In this document: positions 38,264 through 52,370 of the stretch, in pieces
How positions within the stretch are numbered: the first letter of the stretch is position 1
Layout of the letters: the number at the start of each line of letters is the position of its first letter
Position numbers and translations under genes: made by a program
The notes under the pieces: model-generated
Databases searched by the model: none
The model's input: only the letters and a program-made list of their open reading frames with translations
Told to the model about the DNA's origin: nothing
DNA from: the human T2T-CHM13v2.0 reference genome, Homo sapiens
Assembly (NCBI GenBank): GCA_009914755.4
Contig: CP068257.2
Span: forward strand, 34,016,001 to 34,080,000
Length of the DNA: 64,000 nt
Reading direction: 5' to 3'

Positions 38264-39099
38264 AGGCAGAAATATTTATTCATGATTTGCCTGGCCTGTG
38301 CAGAGAGCTCTTCTGAACTCATGCTTTGCTAGGTCCTTCCTACAGGACAAACCAGACTGGGCAATGGAACACTCATCTTTCCTATCTTCCAGCAGTTGTC
38401 AATCTATTATGGCCAGCGTTCAGTGAGACTCCTATGACATGAAACTTACAGCTTTTTTCACCAGGAATTGACTTTGGTCAATTTCAGCAAAGTGTGGGGT
38501 TTAGTAGAAGGAAACTCACAGAATCAGGAGGGGTCTTCAAAAGCACAAGCCCAGTCCTGGGACCCTAGGAGGAGATGCTGGAACTTTCTCTCAGGCATTG
38601 TGGGATGTTGACTCATCTCTGGCTTGCCTTCTATCACAGTGTGATAAAAGTTTCCATACTCTTGAGAGAATGCGGAAACCATTCTTCAACCTATAGGTAC
38701 CATCAACCTATAGGTACATGTACTTATAGGTACTACAGGGTCACATGTCCACTTACCAGTGAGATAGAGCCCAGGAAAAAAAATCTCTCCCACCTAAGAA
38801 CTCACATTGTCCCTAGAAGAATGTGCTAGGAGACTGAGCCCAAGTCATCTGTCATCAGGGTCAAACAGGTGCTGGTTTAGGGTATACCCATGTGCAAAAT
38901 GGACACCGAGACTAGCAATGATGTTATTACTACTGCTAACATTTATCAAGTGCTTATTATGTACCAGTTGCCCTTCTCATCTTAACGGCTATCTATTAAC
39001 TCCTGTTTTTCACTACGACCTGTGAAGTAATTCTTTTTCAAATGGAAACATCTGAAATGCAGATGTTCCAGAAATATCTCACCTGAGAGACTCTCTCTG

Positions 39100-39612
39100 A
39101 AGAAGACCTTAAATTGGTTGAGCCTAGGAGACAGACACTGTGGTTAGCAGGGTTCTAAGATGGTTCTCTGCTCCTCTCCCGAGATGCAATGCCTCATATA
39201 ATCCCCTGCCCTTGATGTATGGAGGTCTATGACTCCATTTTGCCAGTATAACTACAGAGATCCCTGCTGGCCTTGCAGGAGCTAACTACCATGCTGCAAC
39301 CTACCCATGGAGAGGGCCGTGTGTCCGGGAATGGTGGGGGCCCCTCAGAGCTGAGGGCCTGAGTCCTACAAATGCAACAACCTGAATTCTTCCAACCACC
39401 AGTGGGCTTGGAAGAGGACCCTGGTCTCAGCTGAGATGGGCACTGCAGCCAACACTTTGATTGCCACCTTTGAGACCCTAAGCAGAGAACCAGGTAAGCC
39501 GGGTCTAGGTCCCAGCACCATGACAACTGTGAGATAATAAATATGTATTGTTTTAAGCCACTAAGTTTGGTCAGTTTGTTATACAGTAAGGGAACCTAGT
39601 GTAGCCACTGTT
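39100..39612 (+). mobile_element. MLT1-type MaLR LTR
   Basis: ...CAGCCAACACTTTGATTGCCACCTTTGAGACCCTAAGCAGAGAACCAGGTAAGCCGGGTCTAGGTCCCAGCACCATGACAACTGTGAGATAATAAATATGTATTGTTTTAAGCCACTAAGTTTGGTCAGTTTGTTATACAGTAAGGGAACC versus MLT1 3' half (...CCAGAAACCGAATCTGCTGGCACCTTGATCTTGGACTTCCCAGCCTCCAGAACTGTGAGAAATAAATGTTTGTTGTTTAAGCCACCCAGTCTATGGTATTTTGTTATAGCAGCCCGAACTAAGACA). Confidence 0.5.
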
Positions 39613-39896
39613 AAATTAAAATGGAGACTGAGCCTGAAGACTCCCTGAGTAGACAAGCCTTAACTTTCATCGACTGGCAAACATAAGCAAAACTGAATTA
39701 AAGCTATTTCTTGTAAATGCCTATATTAAAGAAAAACAGAACTTAAGCCTAACCAATCAGAAAAAGCTAACAAACTTATAAAAAGAGGGACTTTCTAGCG
39801 GGATAGACCAAATAAGGCAACTGTGTAACTGTAGCCAATCAAATGTTTTCTCTTTGCTTTACTTCTGTGTTCATCTTCAAAAGCCTCCCCCATCCG

Positions 39897-40216
<320 letters not shown>

Positions 40217-41149
40217 TCATGAACCACCTCTGGTTTGGTTGCTGTTTGCTCTATGAATTGCTGTTTGCTCAATAAGTGCTTTAAAATTTTACTGTGCCTC
40301 AGTTTACTTGCTTAATGACACCAACAGGGACAGGACTTGCACAGAGCATGAACATCCCTGATTGGATGGACAGTTCCTGTGGGGTGGGTCAGAGGAGGGA
40401 AGAACCTACCAAAACAGGACCACCACACACCCTGCCAAACAAGGGGCTTATTTTGCAGCTAACCAAGCCTATGGGGGCAAATCTGATCCGGCTCCCATTG
40501 TGCCAGGAAACCTGATATCTTCTTTAGCCTTTGTATAGACTTAAGAGCACTGGAGAATGCCTCCGAAAAATGCACAGATGGGCAGTATTGTGTACACTTC
40601 AGGCAGATTTCAGGCCCCTGAAATTTCCCCTTGTGTCCTCTGCTTCCATACCCAGGAACCCCCACTCTGGATCATGCTTTCCCAAGGTGGGGCCATATGG
40701 TACCCAAGGAAATGAGAAGCGGTTTTGGGGGGGGAAATAAAAATATCTTATTATTTTTATGCATGTAGCACAAATAAACATAGGATACATAAACAGATTT
40801 ACAGTATATCTGTGGTGTTATAATTTCATGGGAGACAAGAAAACAATGTCTTAAAAAGCTTAAAACAGGGAGAAGATAATGAAAAAAGGTGGAGAAACAC
40901 TGGTGTAGACAATAATAGTTCATGGTCAAAACAGAGAGAGGCTTTGAGACACTGATAATACTCTACGTCTTGTCCTGGCTGGTGGTTACATCGATGTGTT
41001 TGCCTTCTGAAAATCCACAAGCACATGCTAAAGATCTGTACGCTTTATGTAAGGCACACTTCATCAAGAGGAACGTTTAGCAACAATTGGAAAAGCAGAA
41101 TCCAATGTTCTGACACTTCTAGCTAAAGACGCTGTCACGCTGGAGTGAA

Positions 41150-41350
41150 ACACACAGACGCCAGGCAGATATCGAGGCTCTATCTCAGTTCCTCCTTTTC
41201 CTCGTGTGCGACCTTGGCTAAATAACACACTTCCAAGCCTCAGCGTTCTCATCGGGAAAATGGGTTTAATAATACAATCTGCCTCAAAGGGTAGTGGTGA
41301 GATTAAATGAGTTTATACATGTAGAGTACTTAGGACAGTGTGTGAAACAG
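41150..41350 (+). mobile_element. MIR SINE fragment
   Basis: ...TCAGTTCCTCCTTTTCCTCGTGTGCGACCTTGGCTAAATAACACACTTCCAAGCCTCAGCGTTCTCATCGGGAAAATGGGTTTAATAATACAATCTGCCTCAAAGGGTAGTGGTGAGATTAAATGAGTTTATACATGTAGAGTACTTAGGACAGTGTGTGAAACAGCAC versus the MIR consensus (...GCTGTGTGACCTTGGGCAAGTCACTTAACCTCTCTGAGCCTCAGTTTCCTCATCTGTAAAATGGGGATAATAATACCTACCTCACAGGGTTGTTGTGAGGATTAAATGAGATAATGCATGTAAAGCGCTTAGCACAGTGCCTGGCACA). Confidence 0.6.
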
Positions 41351-41388
41351 CACACGCTACAGAAGTTCTGCTAGTTCTGCTGTCCTGA

Positions 41389-41716
<328 letters not shown>

Positions 41717-42289
41717 CCATCCTGGTTTTATTGAAGCTCTTTCTGCTTTGTCCTTTCTCTATCAACTTTAAGTTTCTGAAGAACGGGAAAAACCACCAGC
41801 GGTTATCTTTCCCCAGCCCACAGTGTGGTGCTCTGCAAAAGCTAGATGCTCACAGTGTTGTGGTTGAAGTTGTGGAATCATTTACTTTCTTGTGGCATTT
41901 TGATACAGTTCAGAATTATTGATCTTGGTTTCTGGGAACAATATGGTTACATATTAGATACTTTCAGACCAAATTCTGTTTTCTCCTTTAAAAATAAGGT
42001 AAAGGGTCACAGCTCCCCAGGCTTGACATAGACGAATGACCAACTGCGAGTCAGGAGCCCACGGCTCTCCTTCCATCTCTGCTGGCCACCGGCTGAGGGA
42101 TCTTTAATAAAAAATTATTTCTCCCACACACACAGGCCTGGGTTTTCTCATCTGGACAATGAGACAGCTGGATCAGACAACCTCTAAGGTTCTTCCTGTG
42201 TGGTTATATAGTTAATAATAATCACAACAATAACAGCAGCAGGAACTTGACCTTTAATGTGTGCCGGACAGGAGTCAGAGTGTATTACT

Positions 42290-42365
42290 CACCCCTTCAG
42301 TCCCCATGATATATGTGCTCTCATTATCCCCATTTTACAGGTGGAGAAACTGAGGCAGAGTGCCC
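42290..42365 (-). mobile_element. MIR SINE fragment, minus orientation
   Basis: CTCATTATCCCCATTTTACAGGTGGAGAAACTGAGGCAGAGTG resembles the reverse-orientation MIR core (TATTATCCCCATTTTACAGATGAGGAAACTGAGGCTCAGAGAGG). Confidence 0.55.
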
Positions 42366-42377
42366 CCCCCCCCCCCC
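42363..42377. repeat. Poly-C homopolymer, C15
   Basis: GAGTGCCCCCCCCCCCCCCCGCTGG. Lies at the 3' edge of the MIR fragment. Confidence 0.9.
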
Positions 42378-45146
42378 GCTGGTAAATGACAGAACCAATA
42401 TCTGGCTCCAGAGCCTGTGTTCTTAACCATTACCAGGTACTGCCACCTCCAAGTTCATAAAGACATAAAACATAAATTATTCACATACTTCCCCTAGCAA
42501 GCAGTGTATACAGCCAGCACCCTCAGGCCTCTGTGACACTGTCCCTCAATTCACCTTTCAAGAAGCAACTCTGCATCCACTATTTCCTGAAACTTCTCTC
42601 AGTCAGCACCAACAGCCACACCCCCTACTTTTGCATGCATCCCAATCTGGGGCTCTAGGTGATAGTCACAGTGTTTTGTGTTGGTCCCTGTTATTTTATT
42701 GAATTGTCCCATCTCCCCAAGTAAATGACTACCCTTCTGAGGTCAGAGACTATCTTCATATATTGATATCCTCCTTCAGGAGCACATAGTAGAATTCAAT
42801 AAATATTACAACCAGAGCACCACTTGCATTTACATATACAGTCATCTCTCGGATTCCAAGGGAAATTAGTTCCAGGACACCCTGAGGATACCAAAACCCG
42901 AGGATGCTCAAGTCCTAAAGCTGGCCCCCCTGGAACACAAGGATATGAAAAGCCAGCCTTTTCTATCAGTGGGTTCCACGTCCTGCAAATACAGTATTGT
43001 ACTTTCCACGTGCGGTTGTTTCAATCCATGAATGTGGAATGTAGGGATAAGAAGGGGCACGTGCAGTGCATCCTACTCTGATATAATCTATTGATTTAGC
43101 TGATAGAATGTGGTATGAGGACAAAGAGAAAGCTCGACTCCTGAGTTCATGGTTGTGGGTGGATGGTGGCATGGTGAACCAAGACAGGCCCTAGAGGAGG
43201 AGCGCACTTGGACAGGGAAGACGAGGGTAGGAAGCAGAATGTGTTTATTTCTACAACACAGTGTGAGAACTGAGCACCAGATATGCACCAAGTTGCCACA
43301 GGAACTTCCTGAGGAGCCCTGAACTCTTCACTCCTGGCCTCACAAGAGTGACCCTGGAGGAGCAATGCATCATTGCAACGTCATTTCCATGTTCACCTTT
43401 TTGAATATTAATGACCCTGGCTGCCCTTTGTTCTGCTGGCTGTACCTGTCCCTAGAGGAGGTGGAGGCACAGCAGTTGAACTCAGGGTTTGGGACTGAAA
43501 TTCCATCAGGCCTTTGGATCAATGGAAATCTTCTATGCTATGACAGTGACACAGGCTCATGTCTTCTTTCACTTAATTCCAGAAGCTGGGTGACATGAAG
43601 TCGTGTTCATGAGACAGAATTCCATGTAAGCTCTAACCCCAAACCCTGTGGCTGTGGGGCCAGAAAGCACACGAGCAGAATCGGGGGTCTGTGTTGAATA
43701 GACCACTCACCGCAAGTGGCTGTAGCTACAAGTGCCATGTCCTGATCCCAATGGATTCCCAACCCTGCTGTCTGGGGGAAAAGCTAATTTTAAGATTTAT
43801 ACTAGGAATGCACACAAGAAAAGAGGATTTGATCTTTTTTGGCATATCTGGTTTGCAGCTGTGTGTCTGCACTGGATTGTTAATAATATCAGAAACATAT
43901 CTGAACCACCTAGAGATGTGCCTCTGTTGTCAACACTGTCTGGAAATAGCTGTCAGGCCCACACTAAACAAGGCTCTCAAAGAAGGGAGAGAGGAGAGGT
44001 TAAGTGTCCTAATAGAAGTTATAAAAACCTATCAGTTCAGGAAGAAAGACCAAGCTGCAAAGACAGGGTTGGAAAATGTGCTGTCACTGCTTGAGTAGTG
44101 GCCAAAATACCTGGAAACCTGAGAGAAGCAGGTCAGGGCCAGTGCACAGTCCAAAGTAGTCATGGCAAATATGCATCCAACCCTGCAGCATTTGTTTACC
44201 CGTATCCTGCCTATTGCCTGACTATCATCTACAGCTGGGAGCTCTGTGTGATTAAAGGCCACGTAGTGCAATCCCCGTCTGAGGCTAACACATACCTACA
44301 CTCACACATCAACTGCAGTAGACACAACAAGTGCCCATCCATATTCCTTTGAACCTTCTCTTTTCAGTGCCTCTGGCCCCAGTTCCAAATTCCAGCACCT
44401 GCACCTCTGTCAAAAGGCTTTCTCTGGCCACCAGAGCCTGATCTTCTCATAGATATTGTGGGTTGGAACTGACAGGAAATTAATGCCTCCAGGGCCAAAC
44501 CTTACCCAGTGACTGATGGGAGTTGGTAGGTAAATACACCCTGAGGTGGAAAAAATCTGACATTCATGTTCAACACTGTTTACCAGAGTCCCCTGAGGGA
44601 GTGAGGCTCTAGCTTCCCACAAAAATACTTGCTGAGCTTGAATCCTTGTCTCAAAATCTGTTTCTGGGGAAACCTAAACTTCGATACCTGGATGTATATT
44701 ACACACACATAAACACACACAGTACTCTACTATTCATAGAAAGTTTTAAATTGTACAACACCCTTTACTTATACCATCTTATTTTATATTTACGTCAACT
44801 TTGTTATTGTTTCTATCATTCCATTTTTTAAAATGAGGAAACCATCTCACAGAGGTGAATATAGATCACCAAAAGTCATATAGAAGGCTCAAAGCCACTA
44901 CCTGCTGCTATCAATGCTTTTGGCTTTTCTACTGCATCTATGCTACCCCAGTGGAGGATAAATCAACAAAAGGCCACACTTTCAAAGAGCTCACTTATAG
45001 TCAGAGTGTCTCTTGGTAAAAGCTAAAAGTGCTGGAATGGCAGAGCCATGTAACCCTTGGAGTTACTACTCATCTCCCACAAAGTCTCCCTTATTATCTC
45101 CTGGCACATGCTACAAACAATAGTAGGTGGTGTTCAATAGCTACAT

Positions 45147-45520
45147 GATAGATAGAAAGATGAATGGATGGATTGATGATGAATGGGTGGTTGGATGGAC
45201 AGATGGATGGATGAACAGATGGATGGATACATGGATGAATGGATGATGAATGAGTGAATAGATGGATAGGGATGGATGGATGGATGAATGAATGGATGGA
45301 TTAATGGATGGGGATAAATGAATGTATGAATGATAAATGGGTGGATGGATGAAATAATAAGTGGATAGATGGATGGATGAGTTAATGGATGGGGATAGAC
45401 GAATGGATGTATGATAAATGGGTGGATGGATGAATGAATGGATGCAAGGAGGAATGGATGGATGGATGGATGGATGGATGGATGGATGGATGGATGGATG
45501 GATGATGAATGGATGGATGA
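45147..45520. repeat. Satellite-like (GGAT)n/(GAATG)n simple repeat block, ~370 bp. Reads (ATCC)n/(CATTC)n on the minus strand
   Basis: ...GATGAATGGATGGATTGATGATGAATGGGTGGTTGGATGGACAGATGGATGGATGAACAGATGGATGGATACATGGATGAATGGATG...GGATGGATGGATGGATGGATGGATGGATGGATGGATGGATGGATGATGAATGGATGGATGA. The 131-aa minus-strand ORF 45141-45536 ([11 protein letters not shown]...) is just its translation. Confidence 0.9.
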
Positions 45521-47029
45521 CCATATCAGTCCACAATGAATGTCTGAGCCTACTGTAGCCTTAGCCTTAGCAAGAACAAGGCTGAAGTTACAACTTAAAT
45601 GTGATTTGCATGTAACTTTTGCTTATTTTATTGTCTATTTACCAGCACCAAACACATCTGAGATGATGTGTATGAAAATGACATCTACTAATGATGTCAG
45701 AACAGAAAGAGTTTGAGAAAAACAAGTGTCAATTACTCACCAGAGGCGGGGTTTATTCTTATGCTTTAGGAAGAATAAAAACCACCTGGGAAGTTTATAA
45801 GCTTGTTAAAAATACTAATTTCCCTACCATTAATAGAAGAGTCTAATTCAATGGAACTCCCAGGAATCATGTAATATCCTTGGGTAATTCACAGGGATTG
45901 TGATATTCTAAGCTGAGATGAAGGCATCCCCTTCAAATAGGCATTTTCTTCCCTCCTCTAGATTATTGTCAGGATTCATCTTATTGCATCAGCATCACAA
46001 GTACACAAGTTGCTTGAAGAGGGAGTCAGAAGCGGGATGTAAAAGGCATTAACCCCACCCTGGATATGCACTGAAAGCGTTATGGGCAAAATAAAATAAA
46101 CATCCTAGACTGGGAGGAGAAGTTAGGGGCCTAAAAATTGAACTCCACACCCAGCATATACATCTTTTCTAATGCAGGCAACAGAAGGCTGTTCTCATCT
46201 TTGCTTGAACACATTCTGTTATGGGAAGTTCTTTACCTCCTGTAACTGTTCATTCATTTTTGAATAGTTTGGTTACAAAGTTCTTAGTGGTTCCATTTCT
46301 GTTCAATGATGCTGTAAGAATTAGGTAAAATCCTCATGTACCATGATACCCAGTGGAATATATAGGGATAACTGGCATGTCAGTTCTAAGATGAGCACCC
46401 TTATTTCTTCAAGTGTCCATGTATAGGGTTTGATGAACTCTTAAGCATCTGGGTTGACATCCTCTCGACCTATCATTGTTTATCAGTGTTTCTCTGAGAA
46501 TGCGGTACTAAATTTATCCTTCCAGCTGTGCTCTGATAAAAGTAGAGAGGGCCCATCACACCCTTTATTATGGACAATCTACCTCCATCATTGCCTTCTA
46601 GAATCACATTAGCTGATCTGGTAGCCACATCCTATTAAGCCAAAACTCAATTAAAACCTCTGGAGTCTTTTGTCACTGGAAACCTCTCTGTGTGTGGCCA
46701 TTGATCCAGTTATCAGCACTCTGAATAAAGCCACTCAACCATGTTGTGAATTATCTGACTATTCAGCCTGCATTTTGGCATCTCTCCATGTACTCCACGT
46801 AGAAAGAAATGCATTGCGTCTTCAGCCTTCCTCTGTTCACTAGACCTGGGTAGAGCTATCAAAATCAATTGTCTGACCCCTATTGCTGGAGGCATACCAT
46901 CATATTAGAGAAGAGACACTGGTATGGGATGTGATAATACCCTCGTAAAGACACACCAGGTAACACTTTCTTTCCAGAGAGTAGATGTATAAATAATTGT
47001 TCTCATCATTACAAAAATGACCACTTCCT

Positions 47030-47580
47030 ATGCTGGTTCAGGATAATGAAGAAACACAGGGCTCTCTCAGCATACTCAAGAAACAAAACTTTAGTCTGAA
47101 AGTCTGCTGTTTTTTAAAAAAGTACTTTACTCCATTTACATTTATTCTGATTACTGATCATTTATTTAGATATATTTTTGCTATAATTTTCCTTTCTTTT
47201 CTGTTTTATTCTTTCTTTTTCCTTTCCTGCCTTCTGCTCTATTTTGGGATATATTTTTGCTACAATTTTCCTTTCTTTTCTGTTTTTTTCTTTCTTTTTC
47301 CTTACCTGCCTTCTGCTCTCTTTTTTTTTTTAATTCCTTTTTTCTTACTCTTCTTTTGGAATTATTTATCCATACTTCTATACTTTCATGAATATATATT
47401 AAGCATAATTTACTATTATTTTTTATATTCTGAAGCTAATCAATATCTCTACTATCTTTACAAGGTAAAGATCTTAGCCCTCTTTAACTTGCCCCCAAAT
47501 TCTGCTTTCCTATCATCTTTGATATTATTGTTCAGTATCATATTCATTTTCATTTTTAAAAACTCTTAAAATATTATTGA
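47030..47580. repeat. T-rich/pyrimidine-rich low-complexity block containing a ~79-bp tandem duplication
   Basis: Unit ATATATTTTTGCTA(T/C)AATTTTCCTTTCTTTTCTGTTTT(A/T)TTCTTTCTTTTTCCTT(T/A)CCTGCCTTCTGCTCT occurs at 47170-47240 and 47249-47319. The 179-aa ORF 47030-47569 is a low-complexity F/L-rich artefact. Confidence 0.8.
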
Positions 47581-48225
47581 TATTAGTATTATTCTTATAG
47601 TAGATTTGCGAAATGTTTTCCCCAGTTTCTTAACTGCCTTTGCTCCTTGCTGTCCACTGGCTCCCTTCCAGCTTCCACCTCCTCCTTTTAACATTGCATT
47701 ATTGCATTTGACCTTTCAGGTAGTGAGTCTCTTAGTCTTTGTATGTCTAAAAGTATCTTTATTTTACCTTCATTCATTATAGAGCAAGGAGCGAAACCGT
47801 TTTATTGAGAGGTTTCTGAGGGGACTGAAAAGAGGGGAAATGATGAGGTTCTTTGCCAGAATCTCTTCAGGCAGCTCAGGCTCCTATCCGCTGGGGAAAG
47901 CCCTACTCCCTCTTGAGTGATCATTTAACTGAATAGAGACGTGAAATTGATAGTTTTTTTCCCTCACCATTTAGAAAATAATATTCACTTACCATCTAAC
48001 ATTTGTCATTGCCAATGAGAAGTGTGCTGTCGGTCTGAATGCTGCTCCTTTTTTAGGTACGCTTTTTAAAGACTTTTATATCATCTTGCATATTCTGCAG
48101 TTTCACTACAATGTGTTAGGTGTGGATTAATAATATGTATCCTTCTCAAGGTTCAGGGTGCTACTGCAAACTGGTCTAATTATTTTTAACTATGGAAATT
48201 CTCCACTAATTTTTAAAAATATTGT

Positions 48226-48582
<357 letters not shown>

Positions 48583-49106
48583 TCAATTTATAATTTGTAT
48601 TTGTATCTTTTTACCTTTTGGAGCTGTATTCTAAGTGGATTTGTCAGCTCTATCTTCAGAAATGTTTCTCCAATTGCATCAGCAATCTTCTGTATCTTTT
48701 GCAAATCCACCTGTTTTCTTTCGTCTTACGTTATGAAATCTATTCCTCACATGGTCACTTTGGACATCTAAATCACGCTTATTTTCAGCTCCGTGGACTT
48801 TACTCTCATCTGCAGTTCTTTCTGAACACTCTCATTTGTTGTATCTGTAGGCTGTCTCTCTCAGTGGTAAATGCCTTCGTGTGTTTGTAATGCTGATGGT
48901 TACTTGAGGGAAATAAGAATGTACCACTTGGCTCAGTGTGCATGATGTAAGCTTGTCTTTGTTGTATGTTGGCTCCTGAAGAAATTCCACCCATGTACCC
49001 TGGGTTATGAGGGTGATCCCATGGGGTAGTTTAACTTTGGCTTCTGCAGACCCCCTGGGGTCCACCAGCTCCACGTTTTTTTTTCTTTACATCATCTCTG
49101 CGCTAA

Positions 49107-49412
<306 letters not shown>

Positions 49413-52370
49413 TAAATTGGTTTTTAATGAGATTTCATGGCTTGAGTCTGGCTGTGTGCATTTACTCTCATGCTCACACATTGTGGAAGCTTGTGCATTC
49501 TGACTTCCCTCAAGTAACTCTTTTTCTACCCAAGATGTCGAATATAAAGCCCACATCTGGCGCTGGTGGGTAGAACTTTTAATTCCCATCTCAATAACAG
49601 GACAATCTTTATTGCTGGAAGTTCAGTCCCATCTTCTACCACCCAAGAATCTTGCAGCTTAGACTCCCTCCCGGTGCAGTTTATAGCCCAGATTCATGGT
49701 AGACGCCTTAACCCAAATTCCCCAGGCCTTCTGCTCTAACTCTGGCTTCTTGTTTCAGCACCTAGAGATCTTCCTTTTCCAACCCTCCAGCTCATCTGTG
49801 GACTTTCCTGTTTTTGTTATTTTTGTAGTAGAAGGGGACTTTCCCAATTATCTCAGTTGGCCATCTTTACCAGAAGTCTAAAGGAACTTTGGAACTTTAG
49901 AGGAAATAATTCACAGGCAATGCTTTCCCCTCAGCCTTTAATTGGATGTTTTTCCAGCCATACATCTCTGCATCCAAGTCCCACAAGAGCAAGCAAGTGC
50001 CTTCATAACAAGACAAAAAAAAAAGACAAAATATTCACTAAAGCAAAAGCCAAACCTTACAGAAACTACTCTAAAAGAGAAAGCACCATGTGAATAAGCA
50101 AGTTTCAATGTTCTCAGTGAACACTAGTCTTGGTATCTTCTACATGCTCATCAAAGGTAAGATGCTGGTTAAGCAAAAGGAAAGTTTCTGCCTTTGTGTC
50201 CTTGGCCCAAAAGCGAAAGAACTCATAATATAGGAAGCACCATTTTTCTTGTAAATATAATTTGGAGAAGAGCACTCTTTCTTTGCAATTCCTCCCCTTC
50301 ACCCCAACTCTGGTCAGAAACTCTGAGCAGTTGTGTGTGTTTGCAAAGCTGAATGAGCCTGAAGTTGAGCTGTTCAATAATGTACAATAGAAATGTTAAC
50401 TGCCGTATTGATTTTTTATTATGTTTGTATTGCCTGTTTAATTTTATTTTCCTTGCAGGAAATTTTTTAATCAAAAATCCAGTTATTGAAGAGCCCCATA
50501 AGCCAACCGATGCTGGTGAGACTGGAGGAAGCATAGGCATTAAGTCTCTCCTGGTTATTCCCTCTTCCACCTTCACCCACTCCCAGTCAGAGTTCAAAAC
50601 TGAAACCTCCTCCAACTGAGAGTAAATGCATGTGACCTTCAGTTCCACAGAGGTTAACCTACTCTGATTAACTTTTCCATGTTATTCCATTAAATAAAAA
50701 CAGTTTTGACACCCAGAGACTAAAGCATCCTAGAGATAATATAATAACCCTATGCAATCATTTCAAATTGGATTGTAATAATTCATTTAGGTGACCATAC
50801 ATATTTGTTATATGTAATATGAAACATCGCAAAATGAAATCAATAGAAATGTTTCTTGTTAATGAAGATATACTGGGCTGTTATGTGTGGGTTGTGGACT
50901 CAATACCCACAGAAATCTTATTTGTATTATAAATTTCAGGGTATCCTGAGAGTTACAAATGAAGATAGCATTTCTTAAAGAAGCGATAGCTGGTCATTTA
51001 GAAAATTATATCATAAATTTTATGTCATTTCTTGGTCTTTCAAGGTCTTTGCCCAGCAACATAGTCTTGTGATTTAGGTAAAAATTCTGGCTGAGTGATT
51101 ACATTCAACTATTTGCAAATGGACTTTTGCCCAAACTTTCATTTTTACATTCCAGATTTTAAAATAACTTAACTTTAGTAAGTCTGAAGATTTTACCTTA
51201 TATTTTAATACAGATTGTAGAATATTTTATTCCTCAACATAAAAACTGAAGACACAGAGGCGGCGACAGATAGGTATAGGTTATAGATACAGGTATAGGT
51301 ATAAATATATAACTATATACATAGGTACAAGCCAATTAATGAGACTATGATAGGGTTTCACTGGAATGCTACCTTTAACTTCACATATGAAATATAATAT
51401 AGAGTGTACATGTTTATATATAAATAAAATAAGATTTTTAAATTTTGCATTAAGTAAACTCATATAGCGTTTTAGAGGCAAATTTTAATAAGTTCTTCTG
51501 CATTTTGAATGATATCACAGTGAGATTTCACCATGGCAAATATCTGCAGCAGGAACAAAGAATTAATGAATTAATGAACTATATGAATCTATTTATACTT
51601 CTGTTGTCAAAGCTCGTATTCTTACTTCTAGTGAGACCTCACTTACACCTTGAATAAGACCCATCAGATGACCCTCACCTCTAGTAAGAATGCAGAATTA
51701 TAAAATGCAAATAGAGTTATTTGCAATAAATAAGTGGTCATGCTAGAAAATACAAATTTAAAACAGGTTCATAACAAATAACAGTAAGCATTTTTCTTCA
51801 TCTATTACCTGTTTTCTTGGTGCTACTCTCTTTTCTGCCATACCTCTGGAATCCTCAATTTTAAATAACTGCAAATTTGCTTTTAGATAAAACCAATTCT
51901 TAACCTGCCTTAACTGATTCAATAATTTTAATCTGAAATCTGGTTCTACCTGCCTCCCTCATGAGCCTGTTGGATTTGGGTGGTGCCCATTCCACATCAC
52001 TAAAGGGTTGTCCACATGGAGAAGGGCTGCGCTTGCCTTTGTCTTTACCTCCTGATTTCTCAGTCTCTTAAATATTTTGAGACTCAGGCCTTCAGGCTCT
52101 GTTGCCCTCTAACTTTCCTCTGCAGTGTTTTCTACCCTCCTCTCCTTAACTGACCCACATTCACTTCAGACTTTGGTTTTGGTGTTTGGATCCTTAAGCA
52201 TCCACATGTACAAGTCACTGTTCCTTGAGGTTCTTCACACTCTTTCTACAAACCACACCTGACACTTTCACCAACAGGAGCTGCTCTGCCTCTGAAACTG
52301 GAAACCCTGAGATTCTCTTTGTTTTCATCCTCTACTTCACTGGCTCTCACTTGTGCTTCCAATCTGTTAT

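Noticed and set aside
38691-38740. Three copies of CCTATAGGTAC within 50 bp (ACCTATAGGTACCATCAACCTATAGGTACATGTACTTATAGGTACTAC)
   Set aside because: It is a tiny local imperfect repeat with a GGTACC core. It is too short to support any claim beyond a minor microduplication.
45141-45536. 131-aa minus-strand ORF ([11 protein letters not shown]...)
   Set aside because: It is the translation of the (GGAT)n/(GAATG)n simple repeat. It is low complexity and has no protein meaning.
47030-47569. 179-aa plus-strand ORF
   Set aside because: F/L/S-rich translation of a T-rich low-complexity block that contains a tandem duplication. There is no start context or homology.
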